A stretch of 64,000 bases of DNA from contig JAZKEQ010000030.1 of assembly GCA_040386935.1 (NCBI GenBank), positions 600-64,599 on the forward strand. Direction: 5' to 3'. The stretch comes from Bacteroidota bacterium. GTDB lineage: Bacteria > Bacteroidota > Bacteroidia > NS11-12g > UBA955. Every line of letters starts with the position of its first letter. The first letter of the stretch is position 1. Below are positions 27,968 through 37,853 of the stretch, in pieces. Made by a program: the position numbers and the translations under genes. The notes under the pieces were generated by a model. The model was not told the DNA's origin, ran no database searches, and saw nothing but the letters and a program-made list of their open reading frames with translations.

Positions 27968-28133
27968 TTTTACTTTCGTTCAATTTAGCGATATCCTGTC
28001 CTGATTTTCATCAGGATGACTCGTCAGGATGACTCTATCCGTTTTGTTTGTTGTGGTTTAGGGAAGTGTCTTTTTGTTTGTGAATCCTCTTGCGTTGGGT
28101 TTAATAACCTATTAACTCAATAACCAATAACTT
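27968..28133 (+). repeat. partial, diverged copy A of the R1 dispersed repeat plus an AATAACC-type 8-bp periodic tract
   Basis: TACTTTCGTTCAATTTAGCGATATCCTG...TCAGGATGAC matches copies B and C, and the hairpin region is duplicated. The tract TAATAACC/TATTAACT/CAATAACC/AATAACTT lies at 28102-28133. Confidence 0.7.
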
Positions 28134-28276
28134 TATTTCCAAGCTGTCAGAGCGAAGAATGAATGAACCCGTAAGTCAATATAACCGATAGCGATTACAT
28201 TTCCAAATGTCATATTTTCAAAATGAATGACACGTTTTTCAATTAAAATCAGTCTAGTAAAAAGGAGGGTATTGAT

Positions 28277-29593
28277 ATGAACAGTTTTACTATTATCGGG
28301 GCCTGCTTTACTATAGTATCTGCGGCCGATGCACAGTCACTAAATTTTAACCTGCCTTCAGACAAACATTTTCCGGCCTTTTGTCTGCACCACACGTCCG
28401 TTGCCATTATGCCATCATTGAATTATCAATTGAATGCAAAAGGGCAGCTCTTTAATTCGGAGTTAATGCAAAACACGCAAACTTCCGATTTTTTAAAAGT
28501 ATTGTTATATGAAGGTCGCCATGTCAATTACCTGTCATTTAATATTACTTCTAATATTTTTGATATCAGAAAAAATCACAACAAGTACGAACTGGGTTTT
28601 AGTATGGGTATTAAAAGTGGTGGCATTTTAAAAACACTGGTAGATATTCCCGATTTAACACCCACTGAGTCGGGGCCACTGAAACTCACCAGCGATCCCG
28701 GTTTTAAAATTGCCATGAACGGTTATGCGGCCATGTCTTATTCCTTTTCATACTTAAGAAAAATAAGCAACCGCAATTTGCAAACCGTTGGATTTAGAAC
28801 CGAATTGCTTACGGGACTAAATGCTGTTAAAGGTAAAATTCAAACACGAGGGCTTACGGTTGTAGACACCAATACCGTGAATTTAACGGTGGAGAGCAAA
28901 GGGTATATTGCCCGTTCCAAAAAACGCCTGCACAGAGATGAGTTGATACCGGTGTACAACAACCCCGGTTTAGCTGTTAGTTATGGCATGCAATGGCAAT
29001 TGAGTCACAATCGGCAACTATCGTTCAATGTTATGAATCTCGGTTTTATTTATTTCAACAAAACCAACCGCTATCTGGCGCATCGTTTCGATACACTGAA
29101 TATTCGCTATGGCTCTGATGTGTATGGTCGCTACTGCGATAGCATACAAGCCTATGCCGATAAAGGGGGCAGTGTGGTATATTGCCTGCCGTTCGACTTG
29201 CGTATGGATTACGAATACAACATTAAACCAGGACATAATTTAATCATGATGGCGCAATACAATCCCATTTTATCGAATGTGGCAATGTCGTTAACCTTCT
29301 GCAGAAAAATAGCATCGTACAGAATTAGTCCATCGCTGAGTCTAGTAAATTTTAATACGGTGTTAACGGGATTAGGTGTTACAAAAACCGGCCGTCACAT
29401 CAGTTGGGGCATAGGGATGAAGTATCTGAAACCAAGTATGACGCTGTATCAACAGACCATCAATGAAAATGTGATTTTAAAAAATAACAACAATTGGCAA
29501 ACCACTTGTTATGTGTATTATCACATTATATCAGACACCAAACGACTGACGAGTAAGAAACATAAATTGGTGAGGACTTTTATTAGGAACTAA
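28277..29593 (+). CDS. hypothetical protein (possibly secreted or outer-membrane)
   Basis: 438 aa with a short hydrophobic N-terminus ending AADAQ and Gly/Tyr/Asn-rich, beta-strand-like composition. I recognise no motif. Confidence 0.4.
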   Translation: MNSFTIIGACFTIVSAADAQSLNFNLPSDKHFPAFCLHHTSVAIMPSLNYQLNAKGQLFNSELMQNTQTSDFLKVLLYEGRHVNYLSFNITSNIFDIRKNHNKYELGFSMGIKSGGILKTLVDIPDLTPTESGPLKLTSDPGFKIAMNGYAAMSYSFSYLRKISNRNLQTVGFRTELLTGLNAVKGKIQTRGLTVVDTNTVNLTVESKGYIARSKKRLHRDELIPVYNNPGLAVSYGMQWQLSHNRQLSFNVMNLGFIYFNKTNRYLAHRFDTLNIRYGSDVYGRYCDSIQAYADKGGSVVYCLPFDLRMDYEYNIKPGHNLIMMAQYNPILSNVAMSLTFCRKIASYRISPSLSLVNFNTVLTGLGVTKTGRHISWGIGMKYLKPSMTLYQQTINENVILKNNNNWQTTCYVYYHIISDTKRLTSKKHKLVRTFIRN

Positions 29594-29887
29594 TGATAAT
29601 TTGATAATTGGTTGATTTGGTGATTTGGTAATTTTTTTTCGTCCGTTTTTTTTGTAGAGGTTGATTAATGGTTTAATTTGGTTAAGGAACGTAATGGCAC
29701 AACCCTTAAGCACAACAAATAAGACGGGCCTGTCATCCTGACGAAAGTCAGGATACCGCTAAATTGAACGAGAGTATTGCTAAATCAATATTAAGTCGTC
29801 AAAAAAAGTATTTGATAACTAACAACGAACCCCATCAACAAATCATCAAATCACCAAATCACCAAATCATCAAATTTTCAAATCAAC
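29594..29887 (-). repeat. MITE-like composite element, copy B (R1 core 29641-29812 flanked by inverted 8-bp periodic tracts)
   Basis: The reverse complement of 29641-29812 aligns by eye with 49343-49512 at roughly nine positions in ten. The tracts 29594-29633 (TGRTRATT units) and 29834-29887 (ATCAnCAA units) are reverse complements of each other in type. Confidence 0.8.
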
Positions 29888-30557
29888 CGCTAACTTTATT
29901 ATTCTCAATCTTAATAATCCTTGCGGGATATTTTTCGAGTAGGCGGTGTTCATGGGTGGCCATTAGAACGGCAGTGCCTTCTTCTATAGCAATGAGTTGA
30001 AGCAGCTTGGTGATGTCTTCAGAGATTTCAGGATCGAGGTTACCGGTTGGTTCATCTGCTAAAATAATTTCGGGCTTATTGAGCAATGCGCGGGCTATTA
30101 CCAAACGCTGTTGTTCACCACCACTCAACTGATGCGGCATTTTGTAATCCTTGGTTTCAAGACCGACAATATTCAATACTTCACCTACACGCTTGGCCAT
30201 TTCCATTTTATTTTTCCAGCCTGTTGCTCTGAGAACAAACAATAAATTTTCTTTCGCGTTGCGGTCGGTTAGCAATTGAAAGTCCTGGAAAATAATGCCC
30301 AGTCTTCTGCGCAGTTTCGGTATTTGTCGTCTGCGGAGTTTTAGTAAATCAAATCCTGCAACGTGGCCATTGCCCAGTTCCAATTTCAATTCACCGTACA
30401 GTGTTTTGAGTAGTGAACTTTTGCCACTGCCTGTTTTGCCAATCAAATAGGCAAACTCACCTTTTGCAATATCCAGATCCACCTGATGCAGTACCAGATT
30501 TTTTTCCTGAAAGATATCAGCGGTTTTTAATTGAATGACAGAAGCTTCACCTTGCAT
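29883..30557 (-). CDS. ftsE: cell-division ABC ATPase FtsE
   Basis: It has Walker [10 protein letters not shown], the signature LSGGEQQR and Walker [13 protein letters not shown]. Its size fits FtsE. Confidence 0.85.
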   Translation of the reverse strand: MQGEASVIQLKTADIFQEKNLVLHQVDLDIAKGEFAYLIGKTGSGKSSLLKTLYGELKLELGNGHVAGFDLLKLRRRQIPKLRRRLGIIFQDFQLLTDRNAKENLLFVLRATGWKNKMEMAKRVGEVLNIVGLETKDYKMPHQLSGGEQQRLVIARALLNKPEIILADEPTGNLDPEISEDITKLLQLIAIEEGTAVLMATHEHRLLEKYPARIIKIENNKVSG

Positions 30558-30572
30558 AGGGCAAAGCTAACA

Positions 30573-31268
30573 TTACAATGGCAATTGCCAATCAATAACA
30601 GGCAACCCTTTTTCAACAAAATAAGCATTCACCGATGAAAAATGTCTACATCCGAAGAAACCGTTGTAGGCCGAAAAGGGTGAGGGGTGAGCGGCCATTA
30701 ATATTTTGTGTTTGTTTTGGTCGATGAACAGGCGTTTGTTTTGGGCGTATTTCCCCCAAAGAATAAAGACCAGGTTTTCTCTTTTTTCATTGAGTATGCG
30801 AATCACTTCATCGGTAAATGTTTCCCAGCCTTTTTGCTGATGACTGCCGGCTTCGTTGGCTCTAACAGTAAGTGTGGCATTCAGCATGAGCACACCTTGT
30901 TCGGCCCAAGTTTGTAAATAACCGTGAGATGGTGGTGTAAAGCCCACATCGGTTACCAGTTCTTTGTAAATATTTTTTAACGAAGGTGGGATAGGCACCC
31001 CCTTGTTGACACTGAAACACAAGCCGTGGGCCTGTCCTTCACCGTGGTAGGGGTCTTGACCGAGGATAACGACTTTTACATTTTCAAAAGGTGTGGTGTC
31101 GAAAGCTGAGAAAATATCGGTCCCCTTGGGGTATATGACATACCCCTTTTGTTTCTCTTCATTTAGAAATTGTTTTAATTGAGAGAAGTACGGTTTTTCG
31201 AATTCATGCACCAATTCCCTGTACCACGATGCATGGATATTCACCAATTGATTTGACATAGTTAGCAT
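30573..31268 (-). CDS. ung: uracil-DNA glycosylase (family 1)
   Basis: It has GQDPYHGEGQAHGLCFSV and HPSPFSA. The start could instead be the second ATG at 31259. Confidence 0.9.
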   Translation of the reverse strand: MLTMSNQLVNIHASWYRELVHEFEKPYFSQLKQFLNEEKQKGYVIYPKGTDIFSAFDTTPFENVKVVILGQDPYHGEGQAHGLCFSVNKGVPIPPSLKNIYKELVTDVGFTPPSHGYLQTWAEQGVLMLNATLTVRANEAGSHQQKGWETFTDEVIRILNEKRENLVFILWGKYAQNKRLFIDQNKHKILMAAHPSPFSAYNGFFGCRHFSSVNAYFVEKGLPVIDWQLPL

Positions 31269-31338
31269 TGCAAAGAAATAGAAAAATTTGCATTGAGTCG
31301 AATCATTTACTACTTAATGCGGAAAGCATTCTTTGCAA

Positions 31339-31551
31339 TCAGGATCTTTTCAGTGAAACGCTTCGCGATTTTTTTTGCCATATGGTCCAATGACCAAGCT
31401 TTAATCTGCGTTTCATTAACTTAATAATTTCTGACTCGCTTAACCCGAATTGCGCTTGTATTATTTCAAACGGAGTGCGGTCATCCCATGCCATTTCTGA
31501 TGCACGGTCTATATCTTGCTCACTTAAATCTTTTATTTTAAGCGCATTCAT
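31339..31551 (-). CDS. small DUF2805/TIGR03643-like protein
   Basis: 70 aa. MAWDDRTPFEIIQAQFGLSESEIIKLMKRRLK matches my recollection of that family. Confidence 0.65.
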   Translation of the reverse strand: MNALKIKDLSEQDIDRASEMAWDDRTPFEIIQAQFGLSESEIIKLMKRRLKLGHWTIWQKKSRSVSLKRS

Positions 31552-31553
31552 AA

Positions 31554-33620
<2,067 letters not shown>

Positions 33621-33638
33621 ACTAACTTTGAATCGGAT

Positions 33639-34157
33639 TTGAAACTGAATGCCCTCATAAAAAAAAGTAAGCAAAATGCAGGAAAGCGTTTGGCAAAAAA
33701 TATTGATATCATTGAATCAGTATTGATTGTGTGGGATGCCACCCAACCGAAAACAGAGATTGAAGAATTGAAAACTTTTGGACATGAGTTCAGACAAAAA
33801 GGGAAGAACATCACATTTCTCGCTTATCATCCCATCAAAAAATTAGCAGCCGATATGCAGCCGAATGATTTATACCGTTTGTGTTGCAAATCTGATTTCT
33901 CATACTGGCAAACGCCTAAAAGCAATGATTTGAAAAAAATTCTGGAAGAACCTTACGACTTGTTCATTAACGGTTGCTTGCAGGAACACAAAACAATGCA
34001 TACACTGGCGGCATTTACCAAATCGCGTTTTCGCATCGGGCCATACATTACACCCAATGACGAAAATTTTTACGAACTCATGGTGCAACCCAATGGGGCC
34101 GATCCATGTGAAAATTACCTGATTGAAATAGGCAAATATCTCAAGAAAATACATTAG
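33639..34157 (+). CDS. hypothetical protein
   Basis: 172 aa with a TTG start in the track. I recognise no motif. Confidence 0.45.
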   Translation: MKLNALIKKSKQNAGKRLAKNIDIIESVLIVWDATQPKTEIEELKTFGHEFRQKGKNITFLAYHPIKKLAADMQPNDLYRLCCKSDFSYWQTPKSNDLKKILEEPYDLFINGCLQEHKTMHTLAAFTKSRFRIGPYITPNDENFYELMVQPNGADPCENYLIEIGKYLKKIH

Positions 34158-34159
34158 CA

Positions 34160-35059
34160 ATGGCACATATCATATCACAAAAGTTCAGAGGAACAGGTGT
34201 TGCACTCGTAACACCATTTAACAACGATAACAGTGTAGACTTTAACGGGCTGAAGAAGCTGGTTAATTTTCAGATAGACAACGGTATTGACTACCTGGTG
34301 GTGATGGGTACTACAGGCGAGAGCCCAACAGTATCTTCATCAGAGAAACAACAAATCATTGATTGTGTAAAGGAAGCCAATAACGGTCGTTTGCCATTGA
34401 TGCTGGGCATGGGAAGCAACAACACTTTGGAATTAGTAGAAGCATTGAAGAAACAAGATTTCTCAGGGTTTTCAGTGGTGTTAAGTGTGAGTCCTTATTA
34501 CAATAAACCCAATCAAAACGGTATTGTAGCACATTATACAATGGTAGCAGATGCATCGCCATTGCCGGTATTGCTGTACAATGTACCGGGTAGAACGGGT
34601 AGCAATATTTCAACTGAAACTACTTTGAAACTGGCCGCTCACCCAAATATTTTTGGAACAAAAGAAGCCAGTGGCAATTTTAACCAATGCATGGAAATTA
34701 TTCAACAACGCCCTGCCGACTTTGCAGTTATCAGTGGCGATGATGCCTTTACACTGCCATTTATTGCCATGGGCATGGATGGGGTTATCAGCGTAATGGG
34801 CAACGGTTATCCGCGTAAATTCAGCAGCATGGTAAAACTGGCGCTTGAAGGTAAAATTGAAGCAGCCCGTGTATTGCATTACGAATTACTAGATGCCATG
34901 AATCTGATATTTGCTGATGGCAGTCCGGGTGGTATTAAAGTATTGCTAGAAGCGCAAGGAATATGCGGCAAAACAGTGCGCATGCCTTTGCACGATGTGA
35001 GCGAAACTGTGAAACAGCAATTGTTGAAGACAATGGATAACGCGAAGGCCAAAGCCTAG
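34160..35059 (+). CDS. dapA: 4-hydroxy-tetrahydrodipicolinate synthase
   Basis: It has GVALVTPF, GTTGES and YNVPGRTG, with the lysine in the GTKEASG context. Confidence 0.9.
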   Translation: MAHIISQKFRGTGVALVTPFNNDNSVDFNGLKKLVNFQIDNGIDYLVVMGTTGESPTVSSSEKQQIIDCVKEANNGRLPLMLGMGSNNTLELVEALKKQDFSGFSVVLSVSPYYNKPNQNGIVAHYTMVADASPLPVLLYNVPGRTGSNISTETTLKLAAHPNIFGTKEASGNFNQCMEIIQQRPADFAVISGDDAFTLPFIAMGMDGVISVMGNGYPRKFSSMVKLALEGKIEAARVLHYELLDAMNLIFADGSPGGIKVLLEAQGICGKTVRMPLHDVSETVKQQLLKTMDNAKAKA

Positions 35060-35161
35060 GAATTATCATCTTAAAATTTTTTAAAATGGATTGATAATTT
35101 TTGTCAATCCATTTTTATTTTCTCTGTAATTTAATAAATTGCATCCAAAACTATAATCTAT

Positions 35162-35794
35162 ATGAACAACGATTCTACAGGAATAATGACTTCTAAATCT
35201 GATCAGGATTTGGTAAAAATTTTAGCTTTTGACAGAGATTCATACAGCTCAGCAACGATAGCAGCTGCTGAAAACGAAGTGCAGAAAAGAGGCATCGATG
35301 TGATGCAATATGAAGCGCTGAAAAAAGAAATCATCAACGATAATGGTACTCCTTTGGCATTTAGTGAATCTGCCAATGGTTTTCACCGCCTGATGCATTG
35401 GGTAACGGATACCATCTTTGTTATCATATTTGATATTTTAGTATTTGTGATAGCGTTTTATTTTTTGGAAGGTGTTTTATCAGAAAATGATATGCTGACA
35501 TATGCCATGGTGTTCTTTTATCTCAGTTTTCCATTGTATTACATCATTACGGAAGCCGTCTTTCAGCGAACAATAGGAAAAATGTTTACAGGTACAGTAG
35601 TGATTACAAATGCCGGAAAAGCGCCTACTGTTGGCGATGCTCTTGCAAGAACTTTTTGCCGTTTAATTCCTTTTGATGCCATTTCATTTCTATTTACACG
35701 CCATGGTTTTCACGACAATTTATCAAGTACAAAAGTGGTGTACGGCAAACCGCAAAAGGCTGGCGAAACACAGGCAGAAGTATTACACGATTAA
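35162..35794 (+). CDS. RDD-family membrane protein (paralog 1)
   Basis: It has an N-terminal soluble motif, two TM helices and the RDD-type core FQRTIGKMFTGTVV. Confidence 0.7.
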   Translation: MNNDSTGIMTSKSDQDLVKILAFDRDSYSSATIAAAENEVQKRGIDVMQYEALKKEIINDNGTPLAFSESANGFHRLMHWVTDTIFVIIFDILVFVIAFYFLEGVLSENDMLTYAMVFFYLSFPLYYIITEAVFQRTIGKMFTGTVVITNAGKAPTVGDALARTFCRLIPFDAISFLFTRHGFHDNLSSTKVVYGKPQKAGETQAEVLHD

Positions 35795-35838
35795 GTTATT
35801 TAACTTTAATACATTGCAAACCTAAAAGAAGAAAGCGT

Positions 35839-36468
35839 ATGGTGAATGATTTTACAAAAGTAATGGCTAAAAAAACCGACCGAGAGTTGGCCAAAATAGT
35901 GAAGTATGACAAGTTGAGTTATCATGAAGATGCAATAACAGCAGCTGAAGCAGAGATTCAACAACGGGGTATTGATATTCATAATTTACCGCTTGTTGAA
36001 GTAAAAGATGTAATTGAAGAAGAAGTAATTAAGGATGATAATCTTGTAAGAAGTATAGTTCGCTTATTGCATTTAATAATAGATATAGTAATCATCTATT
36101 TTTTCAATGTAATAGTTGGTATTGCAGTCGTTTTTTCATTTGGTAATAGCATCAGCGATAGTGATTTTGAAATTTACTTTTTAGTTTTCTTTTACCTAAC
36201 ATCCTTTATTTATTATGCATTTTTAGAATATAAATTTCAACGAACAGTAGGGAAGTTTGTAACGGGTACAATAGTGGTGACCTCAACTGGCGATGCACCT
36301 ACTTTTGGTGAAATTATGCGAAGAACATTTTGCCGCCTAATCCCATTCGATGGTTTTTCCTTCATATTTTCTCGCAATGGTTTTCACGATAAATATTCGG
36401 ATACCAGAGTGATTAAAGGCAAACGAACGACTGATAAAATAGCTCCGGCAGATATTTTACACAATTAA
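35839..36468 (+). CDS. RDD-family membrane protein (paralog 2)
   Basis: It has the same architecture and is collinear with 35162-35794 (FQRTVGKFVTGTIV, RTFCRLIPFD, GFHD). Confidence 0.7.
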   Translation: MVNDFTKVMAKKTDRELAKIVKYDKLSYHEDAITAAEAEIQQRGIDIHNLPLVEVKDVIEEEVIKDDNLVRSIVRLLHLIIDIVIIYFFNVIVGIAVVFSFGNSISDSDFEIYFLVFFYLTSFIYYAFLEYKFQRTVGKFVTGTIVVTSTGDAPTFGEIMRRTFCRLIPFDGFSFIFSRNGFHDKYSDTRVIKGKRTTDKIAPADILHN

Positions 36469-36469
36469 T

Positions 36470-36510
36470 AAAAAAGCCCCTTGCGAATTAACACAAGGGG
36501 CTTTTTGTTT
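36470..36510. terminator. bidirectional Rho-independent terminator
   Basis: AAAAAGCCCCTTG...CAAGGGGCTTTTT has A/T runs on both sides. It lies between the convergent genes ending at 36468 and 36523. Confidence 0.7.
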
Positions 36511-36522
36511 TATAAATACAAT

Positions 36523-37650
36523 TTACAGATTACCTCTCAATTCCTGCTCGCGCTCAATGGCTTCGAACAAGGCTTTGAAATTGCCGGCACCGAATGAACG
36601 GGCGCCTTTTCTCTGGATAATTTCTATGAATAATGTGGGACGGTCTTCCAATGGTTTGGTAAACAACTGCAACAGGTAACCTTCATCATCGCTGTCGACC
36701 AATATACCCAACTCTCTCAATGGTTCAATGTCCTCTTCAATTTTACCCACTCTTTCGAACAGGTCATCGTAATATGTTGAAGGCACTCTTAAGAATTCAA
36801 CACCACGCGCCATCAGTAATTTCACGGTGCTTACAATATCTGCAGTAGCTATGGCGATGTGCTGTACACCTTCACCTTCGTAAAATTCCAAATACTCTTC
36901 AATCTGTGATTTCTTTTTGCCTTCAGCAGGTTCGTTGATTGGGAATTTAACATAACCGTTGCCGTTGCTCATTACTTTACTCATCAAGGCAGAGTATTCA
37001 GTCGAAATCATCTTGTCATCAAAACTCAGAATGTTTCTGAAGCCCATTACATCTTCATACCATTTCACTGTTTCGTTCATGCGGCCCCAACCCACATTGC
37101 CTACGCAATGGTCGACATGCAATAAACCCGTAGGTTCAGGATTGTAAGTGCTTTCCCATTTCTTAAAGCCCGGCATAAATGCACCTTTGTAATTTTTGCG
37201 CTCTATGAACATGTGAATGGTTTCGCCATACGTATAAATACCGCTCATCTTTACTTCACCGTGTTCATCTGTAAGGGTTACAGGCTCCATGTAAGATTTA
37301 GCACCTCTTTTGGTGGTTTGTTCGTAAGCATCATAGGCGTCTTCTACCATCAATGCCATTACTTTTACACCATCACCGTGTTTCTTGATGTGTTCAGAAA
37401 TTGGGTGATCCGATTTCATAGGGGTGGTAAGCACCAGTCTGATCTTGTTTTGAACCAGTACATAGCTCGCACGATCTCTCACACCTGTTTCCGGTCCTGC
37501 GTAGGCAAGGCTCTGAAAACCGAAGGCTGTTTTGTAGAAGTGGGCCGCCTGTTTGGCGTTACCAACGTATAATTCTATATAGTCTGTACCTCCCAATGGA
37601 AGAAAGTCGTTGACTATCGGTGTTTTTATTTCTGAAATTAAAGTATCCAT
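36523..37650 (-). CDS. hppD: 4-hydroxyphenylpyruvate dioxygenase
   Basis: 375 aa with tandem VOC domains, the GVQHIA context and C-terminal GNFKALFEAIEREQ. Confidence 0.9.
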   Translation of the reverse strand: MDTLISEIKTPIVNDFLPLGGTDYIELYVGNAKQAAHFYKTAFGFQSLAYAGPETGVRDRASYVLVQNKIRLVLTTPMKSDHPISEHIKKHGDGVKVMALMVEDAYDAYEQTTKRGAKSYMEPVTLTDEHGEVKMSGIYTYGETIHMFIERKNYKGAFMPGFKKWESTYNPEPTGLLHVDHCVGNVGWGRMNETVKWYEDVMGFRNILSFDDKMISTEYSALMSKVMSNGNGYVKFPINEPAEGKKKSQIEEYLEFYEGEGVQHIAIATADIVSTVKLLMARGVEFLRVPSTYYDDLFERVGKIEEDIEPLRELGILVDSDDEGYLLQLFTKPLEDRPTLFIEIIQRKGARSFGAGNFKALFEAIEREQELRGNL

Positions 37651-37853
37651 AACTTTTTTGTGCTAAATGATTTAAGAATGCAAAGATATTGAACCCCCTT
37701 TAATTTTTAAAACAAATATCGACAGATGTTAAACAATTGGTATCTCTTGTAATTTCATGCATCCACATCATTTTACATCATTTAAGCGTCACAAAATAGG
37801 ATGCACAAAATAAATTCTGTTACTTTGCGTTAGAACCGTAATTTTAAACCGTA

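Noticed and set aside
29730-29760. The R1 hairpin ATCCTGAC-GAAA-GTCAGGAT as a group II intron domain V, or as part of a known ribozyme.
   Set aside because: It has no AGC catalytic triad and no 2-nt bulge. No reverse transcriptase/maturase ORF or other intron domains are nearby. The same segment occurs three times in unrelated contexts.
29531-30000. ORFs 29531-29713 (-) and 29764-30000 (+), which give peptides such as ITKSPNQPIIKLSL and [18 protein letters not shown].
   Set aside because: They are translations of the 8-bp periodic tracts and the R1 repeat. The plus-strand one also runs antisense into ftsE.
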